A stretch of DNA of 64,000 bases from positions 200,322,001 to 200,386,000 of the forward strand of contig NC_091977.1 of the NCBI RefSeq assembly GCF_044704955.1. The letters are read 5' to 3'. Under the pieces are notes generated by a model, which saw nothing but the letters and a program-made list of their open reading frames with translations, did not search any database and had not been told where the DNA came from. Source of the DNA: Pristiophorus japonicus. Lineage: Eukaryota. Positions within the stretch are counted from its first letter, which is position 1, and each line of letters begins with the position of its first letter. Shown here one piece after another: positions 1 to 13,137 of this stretch. Both the position numbers and the translations under genes were made by a program.

Positions 1-2157
1 ACAGTTTGGGACACTATCGAACACGTGCAGAACCTGGAAGAGGTTCTTAGTCAGTTGGATCGCGTGGGGCTCAGGTTGAAACGCTCGAAGTGTGTTTTCC
101 TAGCGCAGGAGGTTGAGTTCTTGGGAAGAAGAATCGCAGCAGACGGCATCAGACCCACTGATGCCAAGACGGAGGCCATCAAGAATGCACCAAGACCACA
201 GAATGTGACGGAGCTGCGGTCATTCCTGGGACTCCTTAACTATTTCGGTAATTTACTACCTGGGTTAAGCACCATGCTATAACCCCTGCATGCGCTACTG
301 CGCAAGGAGACGACTGGGTATGGGGGAATTCACAAGAGGCTGTCTTTAAGATAGCCATAAATCTGTTGTGTTCAAACAAACTGCTTGTCCTGTATAACCC
401 TTGTAAAAGATTAGTGCTGGCTTGCGATGCATCGTCATACGGGATCGGGTGTGTGTTATGCATCCAGGAGTTTGTCTAAGGCTGAAAGGGCCTACAGCAT
501 GATTGAAAAAGAGGCTCTGGCGTGCGTTTACAGGATAAAAAAAATGCACCAGTACTTATTTGGCCTCAAGTTTGAGCTTGAAACTGACCACAAGCCGCTC
601 ATATCGCTGTTCTCTGAGAGCAAAGGGATTAACACCAATGCCTCTGCCCACATCCAAAGATGGGGGCTCACGCTGTCGGCGTACAACTATGTAATCCACC
701 ACAGACCGGGCTCAGAGAACTGCGCAGATGCTCTCAGTCGGCTACCATTGCCCACTACTGGGGTGGAAATGGTACAGCCTGCGGACTTGCTCATGGTAAT
801 GGATGCATTCGAGAACGAGAAGTCCCGCATCATGGCCCGCCAGATCAGGACCTGGACCAGCCAGGATCCTTTCCTGTCCTTGGTAAAAAAAAACTGTGTC
901 CTCCATGGGAGCTGTCCAGCGTCCCAGCGAAGATGCAGGAGGCGATTAAGCCATTCCACAGGAGCAAAGACGAAATTTCCCTGCAGGCGGACTGTCTGTT
1001 GCGTGGTCTTGCCCAAGAAAGGCAGAGATACGTTCATTTGTGAACTGCACAGCACCCACTCAGGCATTGTAATGGTGAAAGCCATAGCCAAATCCCATGT
1101 GTGGTGGCCCGGCATCGACTCAGATTTAGAGTCATGCGTGCGCCAGTGCAACACTTGCTCTCAGCTGAGCAATGCACCCAGAGAGGCACCGCTAAGTTTG
1201 TGGTCGTGGCCCTCCAAACTGTGGTTGAGGATCCACATGGACTATGCGGGCCCATTTCTTAGCAAAATCTTTTTGGTTGTCATGGACGCTTGCTCAAAAT
1301 GGATGGAATGTGCGATAATGTCTGTAAGCACATCCACGGCCACTATTGAAAATCTACGAGCCATGTTTCCCACGCACGGCCTGCCTGATGTCCTGGTCAG
1401 TGACAATGGGCCGTGTTTCACCAGTGCTGAATTCAAGGAATTCATGACCCACAATGGAATCAAGCACGTCACATCTGCCCCATTCAAGCCCGCATCCAAC
1501 GGCCAGGGAGAACAGGCAGTTCAGACCATCAAGCAAAGCTTGAAACGTGTGTCGGAAGGCTCCCTGCAGACCCGGCTGTCCCGAGTGCTGCTCAGCTACT
1601 GCACCAGGCCCCACTCACTCACCGGAGTTCCCCCAGCCGAGCTGCTCATGAAAATGGCGCTCAAAACAAGGCTCTCTCTTGTCCACCCTGATCTCCATGA
1701 TCACATGGAGGGCAGGCGGCATCAACAAAGTGTGTACCATGACCGCGCAAATTTGTCATGCGATATTGAGATCAATGATCCTGTGTTTGTGCTCAATTAT
1801 GGAAATGGTCCCAAATTGCTTGTTGGCACGGTCACAGCCAAAGACGGGAATAAAGTGTTTCAGGTCAAATTGGCCAATGGACTAACGTACAGAAAACATC
1901 TGGACCAAATCAAATTGCGGTTCACCAACAGCTACGAACAACCCGAAGAAGACACCACCAACTTTGACCCTCCAACACACACACAAGTGACAACTGACAT
2001 CATGGTTGACCACGAAGCCAAACTCACCATCCCCAGAAGCCCCGTAAGGCCGGCTGCCCAACAGCCCAGTGAAGAACTAACCAACTCACCCACACCCGCA
2101 TTTGTACGGAGACGATCGACAAGGGAGCGAAAAGTCCCAGATCGTCTCACCTTGTAA
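1..2157 (+). pseudogene. pol: Gypsy pol pseudogene
   Basis: Stop at 280-282 and frameshifts near 430-465 and 910-1000. The true-frame segment SSVPAKMQEAIKPFHRSKDEISLQADCLL lies in a different ORF (660..1043). Confidence 0.88.
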
Positions 2158-2189
2158 ATAAGTGTACTATTGACTTCACGGGTGAGTGA

Positions 2190-2401
2190 TGTTATGTATT
2201 TAACCCCTTGCAACCTGTATTACACTACACCAGAGGACCTACCTGTTGGAGTCCCAAGGGATCCCAGCATTCCTTGGGAGCACTGTATATAAGCAGGCCA
2301 CCCACAAGGTACCTGTACTCTGGAGTTTCATTAAAGGAGGTAAGGTCACACTTGCTCATTGTACACAGTACTCAGTTTCATCCTTTGTTATGAGGTTAGC
2401 A
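2190..2401 (+). repeat. 3' LTR of the Gypsy element (~212 bp)
   Basis: Begins TGTTATGT after a decayed purine tract (GGGTGAGTGA) just downstream of the pol stop. Contains TATATAA and ATTAAA and ends ...TTAGCA. Confidence 0.78.
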
Positions 2402-2701
2402 GGGCTCATCTTAGTTCATCCATCCAGAAAAACCTACTGTCTCCCCCATTACAGCATTCAAGTGTCACTCAAACAATTTAAAGATGTTTGTCTTCACTGC
2501 CCTTCCAGAGTTGATCGCTCTTGGCATGAAGAAGAACCTCCTGACACAAGTGCTAAATTTTCTTATCATCAGTTTTATCCTGTGCACCGTGTCCTATTTC
2601 CATGGTTTAATTTGAAGTAGTCCAAATGTACCTATTCTGTTCCGTTTAGTATCTTTTATACCTCCACGAGACTACCTCTCAGTTTAAAGCTAAAGAATGC
2701 A

Positions 2702-3120
2702 GCATAGAAATTGGTTAGCCTGCTCCACCCCGCAAGCCTGCTCCACCTGGCTCCACTTTTAGATAAATATTTTTTTAAACAAAATTGCCCTGTTTGTGGC
2801 AGCCTGCAGTGGTCCCTTTAAGGACCGCTGGTTAGGTCGCATGTGGACCACGTTTTCCTGATCGCAGTAGACTCGCGCTGGCTGCATTCCGAGCAGACCA
2901 ATTTTGCAAAGGAGGCTTCAAGAAAGCTTTAGTCCTCTTATTTACCTATGCAAAGGGTCTAACACCTGTTTCAGGCACAGGCCCTGGATACCTCTTTTTC
3001 TGACTCTCCCAATACGGTGGGTGGCACAATTCCAGCATGGAGACACCTGCCATGCTTGATGTTTTGCCACCCGTTTTACATCTGTAAAACGGGCGCGACA
3101 TCAAACAATTTCTAGTCCCA
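2702..3120. mobile_element. Non-autonomous DNA transposon (MITE-like)
   Basis: Imperfect terminal inverted repeats GCATAGAAATTG ... CAATTTCTAGTCCC around a GC-richer interior. Confidence 0.55.
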
Positions 3121-3124
3121 CATG

Positions 3125-3960
3125 TTTTTCCATTCTTTCATCATAACTCAATTCTCAGTTACTAGTCACTCAGTTTGAATTCCAGCATCCGCAGTATTTT
3201 GCTATTGTTCTCAGTTGCTAGTTATCAGCCTCCTGCCTCTTTCCTGCAATGCCTCCAGGGCTTAAATGTCTTCCTTGTGTCTCAGTGGCTAAAACTCGAC
3301 ACAGTGCTCAAGGTGCAGTCTGACAAGAGCATTTACAGTTTTAGCTTGACATTCTCTGACTGATAATCTACTGATTTAGCAATATAATTGAACATTAGCA
3401 ATATAGTTGAACATGTTATTTGCTTTGTTGATTGCTGCCCTAACAACAAGATATGTTAACCAGCAAGACCATTAACAGTCCTAGATCTCTTTCAACTTCA
3501 CTATTGCCTGTTTCAACACCACAGATTATGTCAGCCATTTTTTATTCTAATGCACAATATACTTTATCCATATTGCATTTTATTTGTCACTGTTTCCCCA
3601 TAACAGATTTTATCTAGCTAATTGTGTACGTCCTGGACTGCCTCATCAGACTTGACTGCCTCCCCACATTGCTGTTTTCTGCCAATTGCACTCATTTGCA
3701 TTAAGTTTCTGAGTTCAAGTCATTAATGGAAGTCAGAAACAATGGGATCCCAGCAGGGAATCCTTGGGTCGCTAATTGAATAGTTCTCTTTATGCTGGTA
3801 CCACTCCCCTAACAAGTGCCCACTGCTTTCAACCCTCCAGTCAATTCTTAGCCAGTTTTATCCATGCTCAATGTATGTAGTGGCCTTTACTGTAGAATAT
3901 GATCAACTTTATAATGATTTCCACCACCTATTAGGATGTCACTTCCTTAATTCTCCATGC
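3125..3960 (-). mobile_element. Old, degraded CR1 LINE fragment
   Basis: Reverse complement resembles CR1 RT/3' coding sequence (ALVRLHLEHCV-like) with many substitutions. Confidence 0.55.
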
Positions 3961-5429
3961 TTTAAAAAATATATATCTTTCATGGTGTGGAGCTTTTTTG
4001 AACTGTCTCAATCAAATTAGTTGATAAGATGAAAAGACAGAGGAATATAAAGATTACTATATAAAGATTATTATAAAAAAAGTAACTGGGACATGGAATC
4101 TATGGATGGGATGAAGTCATTAACATCGCAAGATATCTGTCTGCTTTGTTGCTTTACTTTATTTCACAGCTATATGGTCAGCAAAACAGATAACCAACAC
4201 AGTGCCTTAAAAGCAAGCAGAATATTCTTACAATGACAGGAATATTATTTGTGGCAAAATTTTTTAAAAGAATAAGAAAGAAAATGAAAGCTGATTTTGT
4301 GTTGTTTGCATATGAATAATTAAAGGCCTGAAGAGAACATAATGATGTGTCTTATCTATAGCGTGCAGGAGATGTTAATGGGGAAGCCGGGCTTCTTCCT
4401 GGTGTGCACACAATCAGCATTGAGATGAAAATGCCTTCAGTTAAATACAGAACGACTGATTATAATCCTGAACAGTTATTGCATAGAAGCTAAAATAATA
4501 AGAACCATGTAGTCAGCACACAGTGTTGCAAGGTCCGTTAAATGGAATATAGGTTGCACTGGGAGAGAAATATTCTTTAGTATTTTTCTTGACTAAATCT
4601 AGAGTTTCTGTGATCAATCATATCAGAAATTATATATTGTGTAATAAAAACAGAAAATGCTAGAAACACTCAGATCAACAGGCAGCATCTGTGCAGTGAG
4701 AAACAGAGTGAATGCTTCAGGTCAATGACCTTTTGTCAGACTGCTTTTATATATTGCGTACTTTAGTTTATACCTAGGAATATCGGGACTAGCTTTCTCT
4801 GCAATTTTGTATAAAATTCTGTATGACAGGCAGCGCACTTCTACTATGACATGTGTGCGTGCATGTTGCCCACTATATTGGAAGCTAAAAACCTGTTTTG
4901 CTCCTGAAAAATGAGCATGCCACCAATGAATTTCTAAGCCCATGTTTCAGAAAATTCCAGATGGTTGAGTAGTCGAGCGTTCCATTTGAATTTTTAAAAT
5001 ATATGAATGCTCAAGAGAAGAATCAGTATATTTAAGGGTTAATTCCCCCATGGTGAAGCAGACCCATGTATTCTGCACATGTGCATCGCAGAATTTACCA
5101 GCATTATAGCTATCCGCATTGCCTGAATTGAGATATGTTTATGTTTTTTGGAAAGCTGCAATAAAACCATGTGCAGGTCTCATTACACCCCTTAATTTAA
5201 TGCATGTCAAAATAGATACCATGGTGAATTCTGACTTCTTTACTCCTGTAGTGTTATTCTCCTGCAGAAAACACCGTTTATACGCTTCCATGCTGCTTGC
5301 TTGAGAAATTGGATTCTTAAAGCTTTGTGCTGATTTGCAATTCGGTTAATTGTTCGACTTTTTATACTACATTATTGATTCTGCATTATTGATTTTGTAT
5401 TAGTGCTGTTGTTTGCTGCTGCATCTTAG

Positions 5430-7150
5430 ATGGAACCGCACTGCTCAGTATGGGCATTGCACTCAGCTTTCCAATGCGTGTTTGGATTTGGAAAGGGCAT
5501 TCAGGTAGAGAGGAGAAAGGCAGGTGCACTTACACCTCAGGTATTAGGCGCCGACTTAGAATTGGCCCAGGAACCAAGTTTTCAAACCCAGGTATACCTA
5601 CCTGGTCATGTCTGAGCAGACCTACCATCACTATCGCCACTTCACAAGCGGGGCGATCATCAAGTTATGCCATCTACTGGAGCCTTCGACCCATTGTTGT
5701 CACCATAGCATTGACCTTTTATACAACTGGGTTCTTTCAAGCCAACACTGGTGAAATTTGCCACATTAGTCAGATTTCATCCACTATTGCAGGTGACAAA
5801 CGCTTTGTTTTTCAGAGAAGATACTTTTCTCACTTTCCCCCTGGAAAGGAGGCAACAGCACCATTAACAACCGGCAGGCTTCCCTGAAGTGCAGGACCTC
5901 ATTGATGGCACATATGTAGCCATCAAGGTCCCGAACAACAAACCATTGAATATATGAACAGGAAAGGCTTTGACTCTATTAATTTACAAGTGCTGCTAGA
6001 TCACAGGAATAGAATCATGCAGGTGAGTGTGTGATACCCAAACAGTCGCCACAGTGCCTCCATTTTGCCAGTCCACTGTGCCAGCACTCTCAACAGGATC
6101 AAGCCCTGGAGAAGTAAATGTTGAAGCAGCAGTCACAGTGTTGGCCAGCAGAACTGCCCTTGTGCTTTTCTTTCTGTCCTTGGGGTGCTCCTCTGTAGGT
6201 GGCCATGAGGTTACCACATGCTCCGTTAGCCTCTTTCATGCCTGCACAGATCTCAGAGTTACACTTCTGCCTAGTCTCTGCCATACCATACAGGGAGCAT
6301 TGAAGGTTCGCAAAGGACTGCACGAAACACTCTAGTTAGTAATAAGTCTAGCTTTGTATGCAATCCCTATAAGGTATACATCCATGGGTCCCGCAACATA
6401 AAGCCAATAAGCCTTCCCTTGCCCTCACCTTTTTATGACCACCACCCTCACAATTTGTAAGGTAACCACTTCATGGCAGGTCAGTTGGCACAGGTTGGCT
6501 AGATTTCACCCAGTGTTGGTTTTGTCTTGTTGGTTGTGGGCAGCCTCCTTTACAAACAGACGCTTTCAGCATTTGGATGTCACGTGAAATGCTCCTTGGT
6601 GCCCAGCCTACATTTGATGTTGTTATGTGAAGGGATTACTATACAGCATGCAAACAGGTTGAAAAGCAATGTGGATTTGTCAAAACATTCAGCAGTTATG
6701 TGAGCAATTGAAGTCTTTTCCTTTTGGAAGTCTTGCTAAAGCATTACAGTTATTGTAGTGTGGGTGAAAAGGATTGAAGGGTTTTGCCCAGTGCTTTCCA
6801 TGCTGCATTTCTGATGCTGCACCTGGCTATCACTCAGTGTTTGGTGCATGCATACTACAGGCATTCATTTAATCTTAGTGGCCTAATTATAGTCAATCTT
6901 GGCACCTTCCTGAGGCCAGAGAACTTCCTTCTCATCTGCTTTCATAGCCTATGGATGTGGGAAACTGCATTTACTCTGTGGGCTATTCCCCATGCACATA
7001 GGCTTGGAGAGGAGGGTTTGTGTCTGCCTCAAAATTGATACCTTCCTTTGTTGCACTTCCCCCAGTAATACTTCCAGCATCCCCTCATCAACGGGGATGA
7101 TTCTGGTACTTGGCTCTTAAAAACACTTCATCTTCTTCCCAGCCATCAGC
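5430..7150. mobile_element. Decayed PIF/Harbinger DNA transposon (HARBI1-like transposase on +, Myb/SANT gene on -)
   Basis: + strand fragments VTIALTFYTTGFFQANTGEICHISQ and AGFPEVQDLIDGTYVAIKVP...YMNRKGFDSINLQVLLDHRNRIMQV. - strand 6900-7110 reads MLEVLLGEVQQRK...AWGIAHRVNAVSHIHRL*KQMRRKFSGLRK. Confidence 0.8.
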
Positions 7151-8786
7151 AGAATTGACATCAGCAATTTTTTTTAAAAGCAGCTCTTTAAGGGCAGTAG
7201 TCCTTTCAGACGTGTGGCCCTCCTTACCTGCTATTTATTTGCAGCCACAGTATTCCCTGCACATGTGAACTTGTGACAATTACATGTATTAGCTCGTGTG
7301 AAATATTACCCTGAACTTTATATTATGACTGAAAAGCAGTTAAAGTGCATTTTATAAACTGTCTTGAATTTCCTTTATCGGGTCGATGTGTAAGCTGTGG
7401 TATTTTGACAGTTGAAAAGCAATCCTAGGAGTTTGAGGCACAATAGCAATTCCCTTTTGTAACCAGATCCACGAGCTATCCAGAGTGCTGAAATACCGGG
7501 CCTGTACAATCAGGACACCCGATTGCAAACAGTGGGAAAAAGATCTTCAATTAGAAATGAAGCAAGCCGGTATTACATACCTTATGTGATACTATTTTAC
7601 GTATAGTCCAATAGAGATAATTATATTCTCATTAGTAGGCCATAGATAACAGTAATTAAGAAGTACAAGGTAGACTAAGGACAGTTTGCCTATAAAGCTG
7701 TAGAACAGATTATCTTAAAAACATAGGCATCCACCACAAATAATTGGCCCTGTCACACAATCTTTCCCACTTGACTGTTTAACTTTTTATTCTGTTATTC
7801 CCAGACAGGCATTTAAAGCAGTTTTGCTGGTAATCATTATTATTACAGTGGAGCCTCTTTTCTTAAAGCTGTCTTTGGGAGCCCTGGAAAAAGCAGGTGG
7901 CTTTCCACAGATATGTCAGACAGCCTTATATTAGCACCCTGCTGCCTTAATCTAAGTATATTACTACTTGAGAAGAAAATCCCAATGGATTTGGCTACCG
8001 TATTTTGAATGTTTCTGGAGTATACTGCAGTAGGACACCTATTGATAAAAACAGCTATAGAAGTTTAATGAAATGAGACAGGACAAGGTAAACACAAATA
8101 AGATTTTATGCAGATTTGAAATGCAGCTGCTGTTTAGTACATTAGTGTAATGTATTATGGATTACTCTGAATGCGTTGGAAATAGTTTTTCCCATTTTGC
8201 GGTGGCTGACTAAGATTTATATTGGGGGGCGCAATGTCACCTCTTCCATGACACTGTTTCATTGCAGTGGACAAGTGTGTGGAAACAGCATGCCAAGCAG
8301 AGCATGGATCAAACCCGCTTGTCTCATCAACTCCTCTGACAGAGTTTAACACACTATCATTTAGATGTGGCATGTATTTGAACCTGTAATACACAGCCGT
8401 TGTGATAAAAACCGGGCCAGTTAAAACACACTTTGCTGTAGTGTACTTTAGTGAACCAGTGCCTAAAAGTCAACAACATTTAAAATGCTAATTTTTTTCA
8501 TGGCGGGGTAGAATTAACCAGGATACAGCCTGTCCATGACTAGAATTCCTATATTCCCTTTTATCCTCTCCTAATGTACAAAGTTATGATTTTATAAAGT
8601 AAATACACATTTTCCTGATGAAATATTGTAGTGCTCTCAAATCTGAAAGTTTCACGATGTTATTTTATACTTACTGTACAACAGGATTGTTTTTTAATGT
8701 AATCACTTCTACATAGGGTCATATATATATTTTCTCTGAGGTCATTTGTGCTACACTTTCCAAATACCCATTTCTGGTATACAATG

Positions 8787-10174
8787 ACTGGGAAGTCATC
8801 GCTAGAATCCTCCTCAACCGTCTTCTCCCTGTGGCTGAGAAGCTCCTCCCGGAGTCACAGTGCAGATTCCATCTGCTATGGGGTACAACGGACATGATCT
8901 TTGGCTGCCCCCAAAACTTTGTCACCATCTTCCACCTGCTCCATGATGACATGCAAGCCATGATCTTGACCAATGAATCTATCACAGACCCAATCCACGT
9001 CCGGACCAGGGTCAAGCAGGGCTGTGTCATTGCGCCAACCCTCTTCTCGATCTTCCTCGCTGCAATGCTCCATCTCACGCTCAACAAACTCCCTGCTGAA
9101 GTGGAACTAAACTATAGAACCAGTGGGAACCTGTACAACTTTTGTTGCCTCCAGGCTAGATCCAAGACCGTCCCATCCTCTGTCGTCGAACTACAGTACG
9201 CGGATGATGCATGTGTCTGCGCACATTCAGAGGCTGAACTCCAAGTCATCGTCAACATCTTCACCAAGGCATACGGAAGCATGGATCTTATACTAAACAT
9301 CCATAAGACAAAGGTCCTTCACCAACCTGGCCCCACCACACAGCACTGTCCCCCAGTCATCAAAATCCACAGCGTGGCCTTGGACAACGTGGACCACTTT
9401 CCATACCTCGAGAGCTTACTATCAGCAAGGGCAGACATTGACGACGAGGTCCAACACCGCCTCCAGTGCACCAGCGCAGCCTTTGGTCGCCTGAGGAAGA
9501 GAGTGTTCAAGGATCGGGCCCTCAAATCTGGCATCAAGCTTATGGTCTACAGGGCTGTAGTGATACCCGCCCTCCTGTATGGCTCAGAAACGTGGACCAT
9601 ATACAGCAAACACCTCAAATCGCTGGAGAAATACCACCAACGATGTCTCCGCAAGATCCTGCAAATCCCCTAGGAGGATAGATGCACCAATGTCAGTGTT
9701 CTCGATCAGGCCAACATCCCCAGCATCGAAGCACTGACCACACTCGACCAGCTCTATTGGGCAGGCCACATTGTCTGCATGCTCGACACAAGACTCCCAA
9801 AGCAAGCGTTCTACTCGGAACTCCTACACAGGTGGGCAGAGGAAACATTTCAAGGACACCCTCAAAGTCTCCTTGATAAAGTGCAACAACCCACCGGCAC
9901 CTGGGAGTCCCTGGCCAAAGACCGCCCTAAGTGGAGGAAGAGCATCCGGGAGGGCGCTGAGCACCTCGAGTCTTGTCGCCGAGAGCATACAGAAATCAAG
10001 CGGAAGGGACGTGCGGCAAACCAGACTCCCCATCCACTTTTTCCTTCAACAACTGTCTGTCCCACCTGTGACAGAGACTGTAATTCCCATATTGGACTGT
10101 ACGGTCACCTGAGAACTCACTATTAGAGTGGAAGCAAGTCTTCCTCGATTTTGAGGGACTGGCTATGATGATGA
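8787..10174 (+). mobile_element. RTE-clade LINE, 5'-truncated, with internal deletion
   Basis: RT motifs VKQGCVIAPTLF, LQYADD, PALLYGSETW; C-terminal CPTC..HLRTH zinc finger; (TGA)n tail; degenerate TSD ACCCATTTCTGGTATA (8766..8781) / ACCCATTGCTGGTTATA (10174..10190). Confidence 0.92.
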
Positions 10175-10370
10175 CCCATTGCTGGTTATATTGAAAAATG
10201 GTATCACTATCAATTTCCAATTGAAGTATCATGCATAATCTAAATTTTGTGCCACTCAGAAATCAAATACTATCTTTGAGAACAAGAAGTTCTTACAAGT
10301 GTAATTTTGGTTAAGAGTTTTTTTTGTGGAAAATCTGACGACAAAAGCAATAAAATTCAACTTAAATCAT

Positions 10371-11182
10371 GGCCGTAATTTGCGGTCAGCGGCAAAGCAA
10401 AGGCTTTTGCTGCTGGCCCCGAAGAAAACTGCCCACAAAGATCTCGCACTCTCTGTGATGAGAAATTTGGCTTTTCCGACGTTCAATTGCGATCAGTGCA
10501 ATGTAGTGGGAATTCCATTGCGCTAGCTGCTGTGACGTCAACACGCTGGCTAAGCGGCCAATCACAATGCAGAATTCTCACAGACTGGGAACCAGAAAAT
10601 GTACAAGATCTTTTTATTCTGACTTTTTAAAAATGTTACAGAGAGCAAAACAAAGATTGGGGCTCTCACATGGGGAAAAGGGAAACCTGATATAAAGGTG
10701 AACAAACTTTAAAAAAAAAGTAAATTTTTCAAGTTTTTTAAAATTAGAATTTTTATTAAAATGGGTAAAGTTGACACTCCACAAAATTAAAATTAGTTTT
10801 TTCAATGTTTGTTTAGCATCAATACACTGTTAAAACCCCAGTTACACCCTATCCAACAAGGTCTAACTGTTAATGGGGTACTTAGCAGCGATATTATCGC
10901 AGAAATGCCAACGTTTTTGTCAGTTTCACTGATTTCCCTCATGACTCTGATTGCCGGCTGTTGATGGGTGGTCGGGGGGGCGGGGGGGGAGCGGTTGGCC
11001 ACAGTGCAGCCAGTGTCAGAGCAGTGAATGACTGACCGCAACTTCAGGATTTCCGCGGTCGGAAGCACATGCGCTATATCCTGAAGCTGCCGTCAGTTAC
11101 AAATGGGTAATAACAGCGAACGCTGTTCATTTTCTGTTATTACCCACTCGTTCGCAGTTATTGCTCACCGCAAATTCTGGCC
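10371..11182. mobile_element. MITE-like non-autonomous DNA transposon
   Basis: TIRs GGCCGTAATTTGCGGTCAGC ... GCTCACCGCAAATTCTGGCC. A related copy lies at 48538..49971. Confidence 0.7.
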
Positions 11183-11594
11183 GATTGTTTCATCAAAATG
11201 TAGAATGTTTCTTGAAAATTATGAAAATAATTCTCTGAACGTTTTTTTTACCCTACCAGACTCCCCATCCAAATCAGTGGACTCCTGCTGCTGCTTCTCC
11301 TCTCACTGCTTGGCTGATCCTTCACTCTACCAGCAGGTACACCATTTCAATCCATGGTTGAAAAGAGAAATTCCGTCATGATAGATATTGCCGATTGCAT
11401 GAAAAATAAACTGAGGAAAGGAAAATATCATGCATTTCAATTTATCACTAATACGTGTTTAATATTAAGTCAGCAAATATAATAATTTTTGTTTTCTGCT
11501 CACTGTAAGACCTCATTTGGAGTCAATCAATTTAACTGACATGGCATTATGTCTGATTGTTTTTTTTCCCCCATTCATTCTTTTGTTGTGCTAG

Positions 11595-11814
11595 GTCCCC
11601 GATGATGGGAATATAACAAAATAGCAATCATCAACCACTAGCTGCCAACACTGAAACCCCAGCGCTAAACTCTCGAGCTTTTTGAGTGTATCAATTAAAA
11701 ACTGAATGCCAGAAGCCCAAACCCAAGGTTGCAAATTTGGACGGTGGTTCCTATTTTCTGTATCCTCTGGCTCAGTCTGTTCACTGAAGGAAGGCGTCTA
11801 AGATTGGAGAAAGG
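11595..11814 (+). other. SV2C: Predicted 5' UTR part of the SV2C first coding exon
   Basis: Polypyrimidine tract and acceptor (TTCTTTTGTTGTGCTAG|G) at 11594/11595, upstream of the ATG. Confidence 0.55.
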
Positions 11815-12385
11815 ATGGATGATGCTTACAGGGACAGGACTACCCTGATGAGGGGTGCCAAAGACATTGCCAAGGAAGTTAAGAAGCAAACAGTAAAGAA
11901 AGCAAACAAAGGAGCAGACTACACACAGGATGAATACTCTAAGACATCTTATGCTAATTTTCAAGATGATGAGGGCTACAACTATCGTGGAGGGACATAT
12001 GGAGAAGAACCTCATGAAGATGAAGGATCAAGTGATGCTACTGAAGGTCACGATGAGGAGGATGAGATTTATGAAGGGGAGTACCAGGGAATCCCAGATA
12101 TGGGCCAAAGGAAGGAGAACCAGGTCGCCATAGGACAACCTGTTTCAGATGAATACAAGGACCGCGAGGAGCTGGATGCTGAGAGGAGGGCCGACGAGGA
12201 GGAGCTGGCGCAGCAGTATGAGCTGATCATTCAGGAGTGTGGGCACGGCCGCTTCCAGTGGGCACTGTTCTTTGTGCTGGGATTGTCTCTCATGGCTGAT
12301 GGAGTGGAAGTATTTGTGGTGGGTTTCGTCCTGCCAAGTGCCGAGACGGATATGTGTGTAGAAAACTCCAGTACAGGATGGCTGG
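11815..12385 (+). CDS. SV2C: Synaptic vesicle glycoprotein 2C, first coding exon (N-terminal acidic domain plus TM1)
   Basis: MDDAYRDRTTLMRGAKDIAKEVKKQTVKK...EGHDEEDEIYEGEYQGIP...ERRADEEELAQQYELIIQECGHGRFQWALFFVLG..MADGVEVFVVGFVLPSAETD matches SV2C. Ends at a phase-1 donor G|GTGAGT (12385/12386). Confidence 0.96.
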
Positions 12386-13031
12386 GTGAGTAACTAAATT
12401 CATCTTTATTCCTTTGAATTCCAATCCATTTTCCTTCCAAGAACAAAGCTGTATGTCACCTTGAGTTATATTTTGTAAGCTATCATTCAGTTTTATGATT
12501 TTGTCCTGCACAAGTCCAAAATTACATTGACTTTACCATCATTAAACTATTTGCAAAAAATATAAATATAAATGGAAAATGCGATCGTGTTTCTTGTTGT
12601 TAATAACCACCGTCTGAGATGACTAGGAGAAAATACTAAAATGCTATAACTCCGTAGTTGGTTTACTGCAATAGCATTGGTTTAGCAATATGTATTCATG
12701 TTTAAAAAAACAACCTTACAAAAGTGTTGTTAAGACTAAACTTTGGCGTGTATTTTCAACTGTGGTTATTTTTGAGACACTATCTGAGACAGATAAAATA
12801 TGCAAAAACAAATGCTGACCATCACAGCAATTACAAGGTGCAGATGTCATCATGGACAAGTACTGTGTTGTCTTTCAAATATAAATTATACAATGTCTTC
12901 AGTGTATCAGTATTTGAAAGAATTTCAGCTTTTAAAAATGAATTGTTTCACATTGTTACCATAACATCAAGTTTGGCCACTAAATGGATACATGTAGAAC
13001 CAGATCTCTGATAAATAATGAAAATATAAGA

Positions 13032-13137
13032 CACACATTTACACATGGAAGCACACACATACACGTACACCACACACACCACACACATACACACACACAC
13101 ACAGGCTGTTGCACACACACAGGCTGGCACTCACACG
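13032..13137. repeat. Imperfect (CA)n microsatellite
   Basis: Interrupted runs of CA/AC visible directly. Confidence 0.85.

Larger units (their letters stand above)
1..2401 (+). mobile_element. Ty3/Gypsy LTR retrotransposon, 3' half (RT-RNaseH-integrase plus 3' LTR), decayed, cut by window start
   Basis: RT tail (KCVFLAQEVEFLGRRI, LRSFLGLLNYF), RNase H (YSMIEKEALA, ETDHKPL, ADALSRLP), integrase HHCC (LHSTH..CRQC) and DDE core (IHMDYAGP, VSDNGPCF, SNGQGEQAV). RT-RH-INT order is Gypsy-type. Confidence 0.93.

Noticed and set aside
427-2157. 576-aa ORF as an intact integrase or domesticated gene
   Set aside because: It stays open only through compensating frameshifts (out-of-frame stretch ~910-1000), upstream RT has a stop, and it is followed by an LTR.
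3377-4076. Short tandem duplications (TAGCAATATA.TTGAACAT x2; TATAAAGATTA x2)
   Set aside because: Ordinary slippage duplications in decayed or AT-rich DNA.
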